From the NCBI RefSeq assembly GCF_009914755.1, contig NC_060936.1: 64,000 nt of DNA; one strand, given 5' to 3'. A program made the translations under genes and the position numbers. Under the pieces are notes generated by a model, which saw only the letters and a program-made list of their open reading frames with translations, had not been told where the DNA came from and ran no database searches. Source of the stretch: the human T2T-CHM13v2.0 reference genome, Homo sapiens. This document shows, one piece after another, positions 17,882-33,799 of this stretch (the first letter of the stretch is position 1; each line of letters opens with the position of its first letter).

Positions 17882-18169
17882 TTTTTTTTTTTTTTTTTTT
17901 TTGAGACAGAGTCTTGCTCTCTTGCCCAGGCTGAAGTGCAGTGGCACCATCTCCGTTCACTGCAAGCTCCGCCTCCCAGGTTCATACCATTCTCTTGCCT
18001 CAGCCTCCTGAGTAGCTGGGACTATAGGCACCCACCACCATGCCTGGCTAAAGTTTTATTTTGTTGTCTTTTTAGTAGAGATGGGGTTTCACCATGTTAG
18101 CCAGGATGGTCTCGATATCCTGACCTCATGATCCACCCGCCTCAGCCTCCCAATGTGCCGGGATTACAG
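17882..18169 (-). mobile_element. AluY, slightly 5'-truncated, in THE1A internal region
   Basis: poly-T; 16-bp TSD agaaaatcccattttc. Confidence 0.93.
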
Positions 18170-20887
18170 AGAAAATCCCATTTTCTGAGAATAAATTCAA
18201 GCTGCCTACAGAAATTTGCATAAATAATGAGGAGATAAATGTTCATCCCCAAGATAATGGGGACAACGTCTTCAGGGCATGTCAGAGGTCTTCACAGTAG
18301 CCCCTCCCATCACAGGTCCAGAGACCTAGGAGGAGAAAATGGTTTTGTGGTCTGGGCCCAGGGTCCCCGTGCTGTGTACAGCCTAAGGACTTGGTGCCAT
18401 GTCCCAGCCACTCCAGCCGTGGCTGAAAGGGGTCAATGTAGAGCTCAGGCCATGGCTTCAGAGGGTGCAAGCCCCAAGGCTTGGCAGCTTCCACATGATG
18501 TTGAGTCTGCAAGTGCACAGAAGTCAAGAATTGGAGTTTGGGAACCTCCATCTAGATTTCAGAGGATGTATGGAAATACCTGTATGTCCAGGAAAAGTTT
18601 GCTGCAGAGGCAAGTCCCTCGTAGAGAACCCCTGCTAAGGCAGTGCAGAAGGGAAACGTGGGTCAGAGCCTCCACACAGAGTCCCTTCTGGGGCACCACC
18701 TGGTGGAGCTGTGAGAAGAGGGCCACCATCCTCCAGACCCCAGAATGGTAGATCCACTGACAGCTTACACAGTGCACCTAGAAAAGATGTGGATACTCAA
18801 TGCTAGCCTGTGAAACCAGCTGGGGGGGAGGCTGTACCCTGCAAAGCGACAGGGGCAGAGCAGCCCAAGACAATGGGAACCCATCTCTTGCACCAGCATA
18901 ACCTGGATGTGAGACATGGAGTCAAAGGAGATCATTTTGGAGCTTTAAGATTTGACTGCCTCTCTGGATTTCAGACTTGCATGGGGCCTGTAGCCCCCTT
19001 ATTTTGGCCAATTTCTCCTATTTGGAATGGCTGCATTTACCCAATACCTATACCCCCATTGTATGTAGGAAGTAACTAACTTGCTTTTGATTTTATAGGC
19101 TTATAGACGGAAGCGACTTGCCTTGTCTCAGATGAGGCTTTGGATTGTTGACTTTTGAGTTAATGCTGAAATGAGTTAAAGCTTTGGGGGATTGTTGGGA
19201 AGGCATGATTGGTTTTGAAATGTGAGGACCTGAGTTTTTGGAGGGGCCAGGGGTGTAATGATATGGTTTGCCTGTGTCCCCAACCAAATCTCATCTTGAA
19301 TTCCCACGTGTTGTGGAAGGGACCTGGTGGGAGGTATTTGAATCATAGGGGCAGTTCTTTCCTGTGCTGTTCTTATGATAGTGAAAAAATCTCACAAGAT
19401 CTAGTGGTTTCGTAAAGGCAAGTTTCCCTGCACAAGCTCTCTTCTCTTCTCTGCTGCCATGTGAGACATGCCTTTCACCTTCTGCCATGATGGTGAGGCC
19501 TTCCCAGCCACTTGAAACTGTAATTCCATTAAATCTCTTTCTTTTGTGAAGTGCCCAGTCTCAGGTATATCTTTATCAGAAGCTTGAAAATGGACTAATA
19601 CAAGCTCAGAGGAGAAAAATAAAAGTATACGATAGCTTAGAATCTACTGGATCCACAAAACTTTTTTAAAAAGTCTAATCCTTCTATAAATAGCTTCAGA
19701 GTTAATATTTTATTCAATGTCAAATAATTAGATCTTAAGAGGAAGGTCTAAAACTACTGAACTGTAATGATTGAGTTCAAAACTCACAGAAAGGGAAAAG
19801 AAGCAGCAAAACAACTTTCAGACTTTTATAGAAGTCACTTCATTTACTTTTTAAATCAATACTTAACAAATATTATATTTCTAACTTCAACAATGAGGTT
19901 CTGCCAGTGCTCTATCATCAACTATCTCCCAAAAGTAGGAAATTAGATTACTTACTTATTAAACCAAAGTTTAACTTGTGTGTTCGCTTTCTTGCTGTCA
20001 CCATTCCTCTATGATCACGGTTTCCTTAGTGATGGCATCCCTCGCCATTCCCCCTGCCCACTTGTTCATCAGCATGAGTAGAGCTGTTTTATTACTTATT
20101 CTTCCACAACAGTGAGTTCATCATGCAAATTTCAGAAGATCATTTAACTTCCAGATTTCTGATGCTCTAATTTGCTTTAGCCTTTTCATAAGAACTATTA
20201 TTTAGATTAATAATTACCACATTGAAATTTTCAATACAATTTGTAGAAGTGGAAAAAATTATATAGTCTCTGGCAGGACCTGATGTGGTCAGCCTCAACA
20301 GTTCCATAAGGGAAAACTCACATTATCTGGTCACTGATTTCAAATCTTTTTCCACAGCACTTCTTGGTAGGCTGCAGCAAGTTCCCTATATTCCACTTTC
20401 GTAGTTGCTGTTGACATCAAGGAATCATCAAATTTTTCTCTTTCTGACTCCTAAGTACTCCCTTGATCCCTGGGGTCTCTCCATAGGCCTGGTTCTGGAA
20501 TAAGATGCTGTCTTTAGACTTCCAGCTACATGATCTTTTTCTTTGAAATCCTAGAAGAAAAAAAAAAATGACAAAGGCCCCTTTTATTTTATAGACTGTA
20601 CTAAAAACCTTCAGAAATTTGAATAAATTACATAAATTAAGAGCATCAAAATGTAACAATGATTATAAAGTATTTATAGTAGTAGCAATACTGATACATA
20701 TTAATTCTCTACTCTTTTCTACTCTGGTAAATAAAAGGAAGTCACAGTTGAACTTTTGCCCTGCAGTTGCAATTCACCCACTGCATCTTGCCATTCATTA
20801 TCCACCCCATGCCTAAGCTCCCACCTACCAACCACTTCCCAGTACTAACCACTCATTGCCACAAACCACTTTCCTACTTAAAAAAAA

Positions 20888-21915
20888 TTTAACTTTTACT
20901 TTTGATACATGGGGTACATGTGCATGTTTGTTACATGTATTGCATGATGCTGAGGTTTAGGGTATGGATCTCATTACTCAGGTACTGAGCATTGTACCCA
21001 ATAGGCAGTTATTCCACCCTCAATTCCCTCTGTCTCTCTCTCCTCTATTAGTCCCTAGTGTCTATTTTTCTCATGTTTATGTCCATGTGTGCTCAATGTT
21101 TAGCTCCCACTTATAATTGAGAACATTTGGCATTTTGTGTTCTGTTCCTGTGTTAATTTGCTTATGATCATGTCCTTCAACTACACACATGTTGCTACAA
21201 AGGACATGATTTTGTTCTTTATGGCTGTGTAGTATTCCATGGTATATGAACATGTACCACATTTTCTTTACCCAATCCATCATTGATGGGCACCTGGATT
21301 GATTCCATGTCTTTGCTATTGTGAATATTGCTATGGGACTGTGGCATGTGCGTTTTTTAGAAGAATAATTTTATAGTCCTTTGAGTATATACCCATTAAT
21401 GGGATTGCTGTGTCAAACGGTAGCTTTGTTTTAAGTTCTTTGAGAAATCTCCAAACTGCTTTCCACAGTGGCTGAACTAATTTACATTCCCACCAATAGT
21501 GTATAAATGTTCCCTTTTCTCTGCAACCTCACTAACATCTGTTTTTTGTTTTTTGTTTTTTGTTTTTTTGACTTTTGATAATAGTCATTCTGACTGGTGT
21601 GAGATGGTATCTCATTGTGGTTTTGATTTGCATTTCTCTGATGATCAGTGATACCAAGCATTTTTTCATATACTTGTTGACTGCTTGTATGTCTTCTTTT
21701 GAGAAGTGTCTCATCATGTATTTTGCCCATGTTTTCATGGGGTATTTGTTTTTTGCTTTTTGATTTGTTTAGGATCCTTTTAGATTCTAGATATTAGAGC
21801 TTAGTTGGATGCATAGTTTGTAAATATTTTCTCCCATTCTGTAAGTTGTCTGTTTATTCTATTTGTATTTCTTTTTTTTTTCTGTGCAAAAGCCCTTTAG
21901 TTTAACTAGGTTCCA
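20888..21915 (-). mobile_element. 5'-truncated L1PA16/L1PB 3' end
   Basis: ggggtacatgtgcatgtttgttacatg 3'UTR; ORF2 C-terminus RHFSKEDIQ...[13 protein letters not shown]. Confidence 0.9.
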
Positions 21916-22020
21916 CTGCCAATTTAAATTTTTGTCCAGCAACAACTTTCTGTCACCAACCACCATAGTCTTTTATGATTTGATGGCTGCTTGTCTCCAG
22001 ATAGATCCATCTTAACAAAC

Positions 22021-22446
22021 TGTATTAGTTCACTCTTGCATTGCAATAAAGAAATACTTGAGATTGAATAATTCATGTTAAAAAGAGGTTTAATTGGCTC
22101 ATGATTCTGCTGGCTATACAGAAAGCATAATGCTGGCATCTGCTCCACTTCTGGGGAAACCCCAGGAAACTTACAATCATGGCAAAAGGCAAAGGGGAGC
22201 GGACACATCACATAACGAAAGCAGGTGCAGGAGAGCGAGGGGGCAGGTGCTACATGCTTTCAACCCACCAGATCTCAGGAGAACTCATTCACACTCACGA
22301 GGACAGTACCAAGAGGGATGATGATAAACCATTTATGAGAAATCTGTTCTCATGATCCAATGACCTCCCAATAGTCCCCACCTCCAACACTAGGGATTAC
22401 ATTTCAGCATGACATTTGCGTGGGGACACATATCCAAACTATATCA
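22021..22446 (-). mobile_element. MSTA MaLR solo LTR
   Basis: tgtattagt...atatca termini; TSD caaac. Confidence 0.88.
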
Positions 22447-23202
22447 CAAACTAAGGATAAAAATCCACACTTACAAATTAAGAAGTCTCCTTGCTACAAG
22501 AGGTAAATTGTTTCCCTGAAGAAATGCAGATGCTGAGACAACCATTTCCTGCAATCTATCATGTCAGAAATGATTGTACATTTTATACATTTTCTCCCAA
22601 CTCCTAGGAATAGGCAAATGCTGCCCAGGTATGAAACAAAACTTGGAGGTAGGTGCAGTGTGTAAGGCAACATTTTTTTTTAATTCATCCTTGTGTTTCT
22701 TGGTCCACCTAAGATAAAAATGTTATTTTCCTTCTTGAAATTGAATCTATTATGATATACTCAAATAAATTTTACAGCACTACTTGTTTTAAAGAAGGTG
22801 ATACAAAAGTAAAGTATTTAACAGTACTGTAATAAATGAAAATGTAAGATGAAATATATTGCAAGAAGTTTATGTTTTGTTTTTCATTTATATGTTTATA
22901 AATGTGTCACCAACTTGTATCATCTCCTTTTTAAAGTGTCTCTTCCCTATAAAAGCCTTTTCCCCAAAAAAGTCTATAAGGTTTTTGGCCATTCTGATTA
23001 TACGCCACCCAATTTGGCTTCATAGCTGTTTCCTGGCACTTAGCCAACATTTTCTTTATTTCTCTTCAAAATAAATATCAGCCAATAATTTTTAATTACA
23101 TTTTAAAAATTATAATTAATAATGCTTCCATTGGCTTTGCTAAACTTCTTTTTATTTTAAAAAAGTAAGCAATAAGAATTTTTAAAAATATTCCATACTG
23201 TT

Positions 23203-23512
23203 TTTCTTTTTAATGTTATTTTTAATTGAAAAATAACAACTGTTTATATTTATGAGGTACAAGGTGATGTTTTGTTCTATACACACATTATAGAAATATC
23301 CAGTAAAGCTAATTAATATTCCTATCTCACCAACTCATTTATTTTGTGGTGAGAATGTTAAAAATCTATTATTTCAGCAACTTTGAAATATACAGTACAT
23401 TATTATTAATTGTGGTCACCATGCACTAAACTAGATCACTAAAACTTATTTCTCCAGTCTAAGACTTTACACCCTTTGATCAACATGTTGCTTTCCCCAA
23501 CCATCCTCCTCC
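23203..23512 (-). mobile_element. L1MA 3' end fragment
   Basis: tttaattgaaaaataacaactgtttatatttatgaggtacaa...tgtggtgagaatgttaaaaatcta. Confidence 0.8.
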
Positions 23513-24484
23513 CATGACAAAGTCCCAAGGATACACTATTTCAAAATCATAAGTTATGAGCAGATTGGTTAGAGAAAAATCATTCAGGCTTACTCTACTA
23601 TTCTTGACCCCTGTTTCTCTGAGTTCTAAGTGAATTCTAAGCTGCATATTTATATGTTTGGCTTGGTTTTTACCTTTGATGTAACACACCACAAATTGAA
23701 ATAATAAAATAAAATTACACACAGAATCTTTATTCACTCAAATCCACATCAGGTATAATGATCAATTATGGTCATAGAATAAAAAATTATTTCCTAAAAC
23801 AATTAAAAGCTAGCATATAGGATATATTTCCTTTAATTTATTAAACCACTGATTATATTTTCTTTTAGAAATACAATTGATTTAATGAAATTTGTAGAAA
23901 GTAAAGTAATAGAGAAAATGACAAAAATGTATAGAAGGGAAAAAAGCTTTGGATAGAGCATATTTTGTATCATTTTGCAAATGGACCTGGCAAAACATGG
24001 CTATTGGCAATGACTAAATTTTTAAATGGATGATTACCACAACCACTGAGTACAAGCATCTGACCCAATTCTTCTCTTCCACTGCATTCAGTAGCACTAA
24101 ACACCTTAGCTGAGTAGCCAAGAAAAGCACATTCTAGTTTTCTTTCCCTATAGTTAGCTGTGATAACACAGGTTATAAATTTTTCCTGGAATAAGTTATT
24201 ACAGGAGGCTTTCACTATATAAATAAATAGTGGAGAGGCATATCCTCAGTGTAGCTCCACTGGGTACTGTGATAACACATAAGTTTAAACCATACACAGA
24301 TATATTCACTTAAACTTACTTTAACTCATTACTAGTATAGTTGAAATAATTATATCATATCTGTGCATCTATGAGATGGAAGCTGAGCAGGTGTTGCTCT
24401 CATCAGTATTTTCAAATAGATAAAAATTTATTTTGTTCTCAACAATTTGATCTTTTAAAAAGCAAATAAAGAAAATATATTAAA

Positions 24485-24975
24485 TTGGAGTCATCCTATG
24501 ACCCAGTAATTCTACTTCTAGGAGTTTAACATAGGAACATAATAAAAGATGCTAACAAATAGTTGGCCACAAGAGTTCCATTAAGATATTGTTTGTAATC
24601 ATGGAATGACAATAGAAAATTATTTAAATAAGTAACAACATGAAATACCTTTTTGGTGGATTAATATGGAGCCATTATTCTGTATAATTACATATTGTGA
24701 CATAGATAATGAGCAAAAATGTATTAAGTAAAAATGGTAAATTTTTATATTACATGCAACATAAGACCCCATTTTTTAAAAGTAAATGTATCAAAATACA
24801 TTTACATCCCAAAATGTTAACAGTGCCTATCTTTTTGTGAATAAATTTTGATTTTAATTTTATTTCCTTCATTTTATTATTTTGTGATACATACCAAAAT
24901 ATTAACAGTGATTATCTTTTTGTGGGGAAAATTAAGGTTAATTTTAATTATATTTCCTTCTATTACTTTTTTAAA
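24485..24975 (+). mobile_element. old L1ME 3' fragment with local duplication
   Basis: cctatgacccagtaattctacttctagg; ccaaaatgttaacagtg motif present twice. Confidence 0.6.
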
Positions 24976-25597
24976 AAAATATTTACTAACTTTCCTATTG
25001 TGGACTTATGTTACATACATATTAATTATATTAACAACAAAGTAACTTGGTAACTGTTTTTAACATGCAATTACCTAACAATTTTAAAATCAATCAAAGC
25101 AATCAAATTACTTATGAACCGCAAGGGGCTTTTATGAGCAACACTGCCACAATTTCTATTAATCGCTCAGAAAACCTGCAGAAAGTTCCCAGTTCATATA
25201 TAGGCTGGATATCCCAAACTTCACTAATTAGCCCTTTGGAATTCAGGATACATCTCACCTGAAAAGGCAATGTTATAAATGATAGCTAGGTTTTCAGACA
25301 AATGATTCATCCCCTGAATATATACTAAGATCTTACTGTAAGTTAACCATTGTAAGCACTGAGGAATCATTAGGGACAAAACATAAAAATCCATCCTCTC
25401 CTGTAGCTCACATTTAATCTATACACACTATAGAGTATATCAGATAAATGTTAAGGAGCCTAGCGAAATAATGTCTGTTGAATTAACTGAAACCCTAAAC
25501 ATTGTTATGAAAAGCAGTAGAAAATAATATTAAGGTTAAACTAATAAGAAATAAAATATAATTAATGTAATAAGTATTTTTTCAAATGGTAGCGTAT

Positions 25598-26056
25598 TGT
25601 AGGTTGGATTGAGTCTTTCCAAAAATATGTTTTTAAGTCCTTACTCCTGGTATCTATGAATGTAACCTTATTTGGAAATGGGGTCTTCTCAGTTGTAATC
25701 AAGTTAAGATGAGGTCATACTGGAGTAGGACGGAACTTTAAGCTAATATGACTGGTGTCCTCATAAGAAGAAGAGAAGAGACATGAACACAGTGATATAC
25801 AGGGAGAATGTCATGTGATTATGAAGAAAGAGATTGGAGTCCGCCTCTGCGGACCAAGGAACACTAAGGATTGCTGGCAACACAAGGAGCTGACAGAAAG
25901 ACATGGAAAAGATTCTCCCCTAGAGCCTTCAGAGAGAGCATGGCCCTCTGGACAGTTTTGGATATCTAGCTGCTAGAGATGTGAGAGAAAAACTTTCTAT
26001 TGATTTAAGCCATCTAATTTATCATAGTTTGTTATGGCAGCCTTAGAAACTAATAC
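25598..26056 (+). mobile_element. MLT1C MaLR solo LTR
   Basis: gaatgtaaccttatttggaaat...aagttaagatgaggtcatac...gattctcccctagagccttcagag...aaactaatac. Confidence 0.85.
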
Positions 26057-26310
26057 GATGGTACTTGAGAAAATATGGAAGCTCTCATTTAGCCAAATTT
26101 TCCTGTTTCTTACCAGATGAGAAGGAAAATTTTAACATTTTCCATACTTCTACTCCAGGTGCCATTTTAAACCATCCTGCCCAGCAATTTTAGTTTTCTT
26201 CAAATGAGCAGGGCTTTCATCTGCCTATGACCCATGGTCCCTTTGCTTTCATTAGCTAAGTAAGGATTGAGGGAGGCGATTGCTTCCCCAAGCAAATTAT
26301 TGTTTTCTAA

Positions 26311-26718
<408 letters not shown>

Positions 26719-27376
26719 TGGAGGACTATCTTAACCCTTCTTTTTAGATACTCTCTACTTTCCTAAAAGAAAGTGATGGTGGGGAGCCTAAATGATTTCT
26801 TTGGAATCATTTTGGCCCCATGAATGTACTAAGTCAGAAAAAGATTAAAGGAATAAAAATTAAGTGGAAACATTTTCTCTATCCAGGAAATTTTCCTGTA
26901 ATCAGGAGGAGTGATTATGAGATGGAGGAAGAATAGAGCACTTTTTTTGATATTCATGAATAAGAAGATTTCATGTTTATCCTTTGTCATTAACCATACA
27001 CAAATTCATTCTTTTTTGAGAGGATGTTCATGCATAATTCTCGTAAGAAGATGTTCATGCATAATTATGTCAATAAAGCAGGGATATATACCCTGGGGAT
27101 CATATGAAGTAATTTGTAATAACAGAGTGAGTTAAATTGGAACCCGGTAATTACTTCTTCCAACACCTTTGCCCTAACTCATTGTTTTTACAGTCTTCCG
27201 CCAGTTTTTCAGGATTCTTAGCCAGAGCTTTTTGTTTGTTTGTTTATAATTGTTATACCTGATTTTCTTAAAGGAATTGAATAATAATAGCAAAAATATC
27301 AATAATAATACTATCCATTATAATAACTTTCAGAGAACTCCTTTTGCAACATATGCATTAAATTCCTTTCACAGCT

Positions 27377-27680
<304 letters not shown>

Positions 27681-27911
27681 TCCTTTCACAGCTAACTTCT
27701 TGTGCTTTGAATCCTAGTTCAGGCATAATCACTACTGGTAATCTTTATTTTACTGACCATCCCCAATAAGGTAGAGAAAGACTCAGGGATTTAAGTATTA
27801 CCCCTACTTCTCTTAAGGCATCCACTATTTTTTTATATCTTAGTCCTTCCAGCAATACTGTAAACTATTTTGCCAACTATAGAGAATATGACCTCTTTGT
27901 TTTATTATTAT

Positions 27912-27996
27912 TTTCTTTCCTTCCTTCCTTCCTTCCTTCCTTCCTTCCTTCCTTCCTTCTTTCCTCCCTCCCTCCCTCCTTCCCTCCTATCCTTCC
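27912..27996. repeat. (TTCC)n/(CCCT)n polypyrimidine tract
   Basis: direct reading. Confidence 0.95.
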
Positions 27997-27999
27997 ACA

Positions 28000-28290
28000 A
28001 ATGAATAAAATGAGGATTTAATGAACCATATATTTGATGGACACTTATGGAAAGCACAGTCTTCTATTTAGTGGCCCCTTTTCTGGCCACTGTAATGAGC
28101 ACTGGAAAAGTGATGAAAGGGTAGGGAATGCCTATGACTTTATAAGGCTTATATGAAAAGTGAGAGAGAAATCAGAAGTAAAGAAACAAGTAAACAAACT
28201 CATGTGGGGTGATATCCAACAAGGTAAAGAAATAGAAAGAAACTGAGAAAGGTAGTGTAGGAAGGCTTCTCTGAGAAGGTAAGATTTGTA
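28000..28290 (-). mobile_element. L2 fragment
   Basis: ggaaggcttctctgagaaggtaagatttg L2-like motif. Confidence 0.5.
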
Positions 28291-28444
28291 TTCCAAGACT
28301 TTACTTCTTCAGGAGTTACATTTAAGTAAATAAAACTTTCATTTGTTATCAAAATAAAAATTAAATGTTAAGTACTTCTTCCCACTGAGTTGAATGATGT
28401 ATTCAATTCAGGAATCAAGGAACAGATACCAGTCAGATATCATT

Positions 28445-28771
28445 GAGAATGGTTGTGCAGTTTAGGCCTCTGGCAAAAGTGTCTGGCTGAGGGATGGACA
28501 GGGGTCAAAATCAGCCCAAGTTCAAATCATGAACTCATGCACAAAAGGTTCAGTTACTCTCACGGGGCTTAGTCAGCCAGGAGGAAAAAGCAGACTTTTA
28601 TTTTTTCTCTTGTCCAGAAAAGACACATTTTCTTAATTGCTGTCTGTTAGGGAGTGGTGGGGTTGGGGGCTTTTCCTAATTATTTATTTCAGAGGAAGAT
28701 ATATTTTAAAATTCATAAAAAAGACCCATAAAACTGACCCAAAAGACCCATAAATAGTATCTGTTGCCCTG
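28445..28771 (+). mobile_element. MER91-like hAT-Tip100 element
   Basis: ggttgtgcag...ggctgaggg...aaatcagccc...gccctg resembles recalled MER91. Confidence 0.45.
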
Positions 28772-29307
28772 AAAATCTTCATAGTCTTAAGCTTTACGTT
28801 TAATAAATAAGAAAGTCACCCAAATGATTACTCTGGGTTCAATAAGTATAAAAATGATAGTTAATAATTATTTTCTTACTTTATTATCCATGCCATTTGC
28901 TAGAATTGGGAAAGAAAATATTTTTTGGTAGGAAAGGCATAAATTTGGTTCTTGTAAGATAAATAAAAAGGAATAAATTTTAGGTTCCCAAGGTTCTTTT
29001 GATTAGTGACCATTCAAGAAGGTTCATTCATTTTCTATTTGATATGATATCATACAACATTTAATAAAACATATATTCTAGAATCAATGCAATAATATCA
29101 AAATGTACATTGATTATGAGAGTTTTTATTTTTATAAGTCCAAGTACATCTGGATTCCCTTCCATATACACACTCCCATTATTTTGTGGGATTAGCACAG
29201 AATGTCTTGTTTGTAATTGAGTAAAAATTTCAAAGAGACTACTGCTTTTATAGCTTCTCTTTGTGAAAAAATGACTGGGTATAGAGACATACAATGTAAT
29301 TCATTAC

Positions 29308-29463
29308 TTTGCTTTCGGTGGATTTGAAAAGGAGGTCCTTCTGTTTTTTAGTAGCAACTTCAAGTAGCAAGCTGGCAAAATTTTGTACAAAATTTTGTCA
29401 CAAGAATTTGGAACACATGGAATTACATACTCCATTTGTTGTACTAATGTGAAATCTGTATTT
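29308..29463 (-). other. candidate 156-nt exon (host transcript unknown)
   Basis: minus-strand acceptor tgtttttgttttttccttag, donor aaa/gtaatg, one open frame. Confidence 0.3.
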
Positions 29464-30279
29464 CTAAGGAAAAAACAAAAACACATCTTACTTGAATGTG
29501 TTGATGAATTTTAGGACTCACCAATTTATGTTTATATCTTCTTTACTGAGGGAGGAAAAAGAATCCTTAAATTAGTGGGGATTAGAAATAGGAGAGTGAA
29601 CTCGACTAAGAATTTCTTTGAAATAGATAATCATCAATAAAATTAGTAATCACCTTACTACTCCATGGACATAAATCACACCAAATTAAAAGAGCAAAAC
29701 AAAATAAAACAGGTATTTAATTTAGTTATAAAATCTAATACAGCACATAGTCTAAGAAACATCCAAACAAAATCAATAATCCCAACTCAATCCTTGGCTG
29801 CATATACAAAAAGTGAATGTCTTTCTTAGCACAGGTTCTAATATGTTTTATAGGCAATGAGGAAGAGATTGCTTTCTCTAGATATTGGCTGTATTAACCA
29901 AATGTATCAATCCTAACAAAACTTTGGTATATCTACTTGGACAATAGGGCTTCTCTTCTAATAGTTTAAAGTAACATTTTAGTTAGCATATTTTTCCCAA
30001 TTGTTTTGCCACAATTCCTTTCAATATTTTTTGTTTCAACATCCTCCCAAGAAATTCAGAGGAGATATATAAGGAAGTCAGACTGATAGTATGTTTCTAT
30101 TTTTCTTGTCATTATCAGAAGATTTAATTAAAGTGTATTAACTGTAATGTTTACTTTCTTATAGAAAGCTGCCTGTTTTAATGCTGTATGAAATTTTCCC
30201 CCTAAATTATTACTCTGTTGGCAATGAGTCAATCCTTTTGAAAATACATATTCATACATTTAATCAGGACAAGTGTTTG

Positions 30280-30614
<335 letters not shown>

Positions 30615-31641
30615 TGTTTTTTAAACTAGTATGTTTATAGTTGAGACTATGACTGCTTAAAATGCTTCTTACAGTTATTTATATCCAAAGTTAATGTATG
30701 CTTTTGAAATGAATTTACTAAGATTATCACAATTAGAATATTTAAAGACTACTATATGTTCATTTGCAGAGAAAATTATCTCTTGAGGCATATAATTTTA
30801 GTGACAGTTCAGTAGAAATCTAATTCTCCCTTGTATTTCTCTACTACTGCAATGTTCTTTCTACTGGGACTTATGGAAGTTATTTTCATTGTCTAGTGTC
30901 CTGGGGAGGTCATTCATCTTGATTCACTTTGGAAGAAGCTTATTGACCTGATTTCAGAAAGGCAAATTTACCATATTGTTTCATTTCATTTCCCCTTGAA
31001 GGTGGAGGATTCATGACAGAAACCAGTCTGAATTAAAGTCATTATATCATTACTTTACTAGTCTCAAAAAATCCTTTCTACTTGCAGAGTTCCCACACCA
31101 AGGAATTATTCTGAGTGATGAATAAAACTTTTATTTGCCTTTCCCATAAGTTGCCTCTAGCATCCCTCTAATTATCTCATTTCCTTTCCCAGTGAACAAA
31201 CTGTCCTTAATTAGGATTAATCATTTTATTTTGAAGAAACTCATTTCTCTTGTTTATACACAAGTGTAAATACTGTGATATAGCATATTAACTATGTAAT
31301 ATAGTATATACTATAATTAGTAATTGTGTATAAATATGTTTAGGCACATTTCTCAACAGAAACATTGGGAAATGGTTTCCTATGTATTCCTCATGGGATA
31401 TGGTAATCAAGGTGCTCTAGGTTATTATATATTTACTTCTGAAGTCATAAGTGCTTTATCAGATATGTTATTTCTAGGATAAATTATGCATTTATATTAT
31501 GAAAAAGTGAACTAAACCTTAACTTTGCCATTTATTGCAATGACCATGTTTGATTTCAATAAATAATGGAATGGTTTTTACTGATTGGAACAGTTTGTGA
31601 GACTGAATAAATTAAGACAAGGTGATTGCACATAGATGGGG

Positions 31642-32894
31642 TGCATTAGTCCATTTTCACACTGCTATCAAGAGCTACCTGAGACTGGGTAACTTATAAG
31701 AAAGAAGGTGTAATTGACTCACTGTTCCTCCTGGCCAGGGAAGCCTCCGGAAACTTACAATCATTGAAGATGAAGGAGGAGCAAGCACCTTCTTCATAAG
31801 GCAGCAGGACAGAAAGTGAGTGAGCGGGGAACTGCCTAACATTAAACCATCAGATCTCATGAGAACTCACTCACTATCATAAGAACAGCATGGGGAAAAC
31901 CACCCCCCCCCCCCCACCGCCATGATCCAATCACCTCCCACCAAGTCCCTCCCTCGGCACATGGGGATTATAATTTGAGATGAGATTTGGATGGGGACAC
32001 AGAACCAAACCATATTATTCCACCCATGGCCTCTCCCAAATCTCATGTCCTTATCACATTTCAAAATGCAATTATGTCTTCCCAACTATCCCCTAACTTA
32101 ACCCATTCCAGCATTAACTCTAAGGTTCAAGTACAAAATGTCATCTGAGATAAGGCAAGTCCCTTCTGCCTATGAGCCTGTAAAATCGAAAACAAGTTAG
32201 TTACTTCCAAGACACAATGAGGGTGCAGGCACTGAGTAAATGTTCCCATTCTAAATGGGAGAAATTGGCCAAAACAAAGGAGCCACAGGCCTCATGCAAG
32301 TTCAAAACCTGGCAGGGCATTCATTAAATCTTAAAGCTCCAAAATAATCTCCTTTAACCTTTAACTCCATCTCTCACATCCAGGTTACACTGATGCAAAG
32401 GGTGGGCCCCCAAGGCCTTTGGAAACTCCACCCCTGTGTCTCTGCAGAGTATAGCCTCCATGGCTGCTTTCCTGTGCTGACGTTGGATACCTGTAGCTTT
32501 TCTAGGTGCATGGTACAAACTGTCAGTGGATCTACCATTTTGGGTTCTGGAGGACAGTGGCCATCTTCTCACAGCTCCACTAGGCAGCGCCTTAGTGAGA
32601 GCTCTGTGTGGGAGCTCCAACCCCACATTTCCCCTCTGCATTGTTCAAGTAGAGGTTCTCCATGAGGGCTCTACCCCTGCAGCAGACTTCCGCCTGGACA
32701 TCCAGATATTTCCATACATCCTCTGAAATCTTGGTGGAGGCTCCCAAAGCTCAACTCTTGTCTTGTGCACACCCACAGGCCCAACACCATGTGGAAGCTG
32801 CCAAGGCTTGGGACCTGCATCTTCTGAAGCAACAGCCTTAGCTGTCCATTGGCCCCTTTTTGTCACAGCTGGAGCTGGAGTGGCTGGGCAGGGC
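31642..32894 (-). mobile_element. THE1D 3' LTR (31642-32017) plus truncated internal region
   Basis: attagtccattttcacactgc...ccaaaccatatta, then THE1 internal sequence ending abruptly. Confidence 0.85.
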
Positions 32895-33630
<736 letters not shown>

Positions 33631-33799
33631 AAAAAAGAGTTAAAAAAGAAAAGAATAAAAGACAGCATGGAGCAACATAGCCCTGACCTGGCTGCTGAAT
33701 GAAAGACATTGAACAAAAATAAGTTGCAGCAGGTGATTGAATAACTCCTATTTATCCTTCTGGTTTCACTGTATAAAAATTTCTACGATGTCTTTTCTG

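Larger units (their letters stand above)
16758..19602 (+). mobile_element. full-length THE1A MaLR provirus (LTR 16758-17088, internal, LTR 19259-19602)
   Basis: two TGATATGG...TAATACA LTRs, THE1 internal sequence, 5-bp TSD agctc. Confidence 0.93.

Noticed and set aside
18239-18751. 170-aa ORF
   Set aside because: Lies in the THE1A internal region; decayed MaLR sequence, not a host gene.
20888-21915. Possibility that this is the displaced 3' end of the 6.8-13.3 kb L1
   Set aside because: It overlaps the same ORF2 segment present at 6781-7100, so it is an independent insertion.
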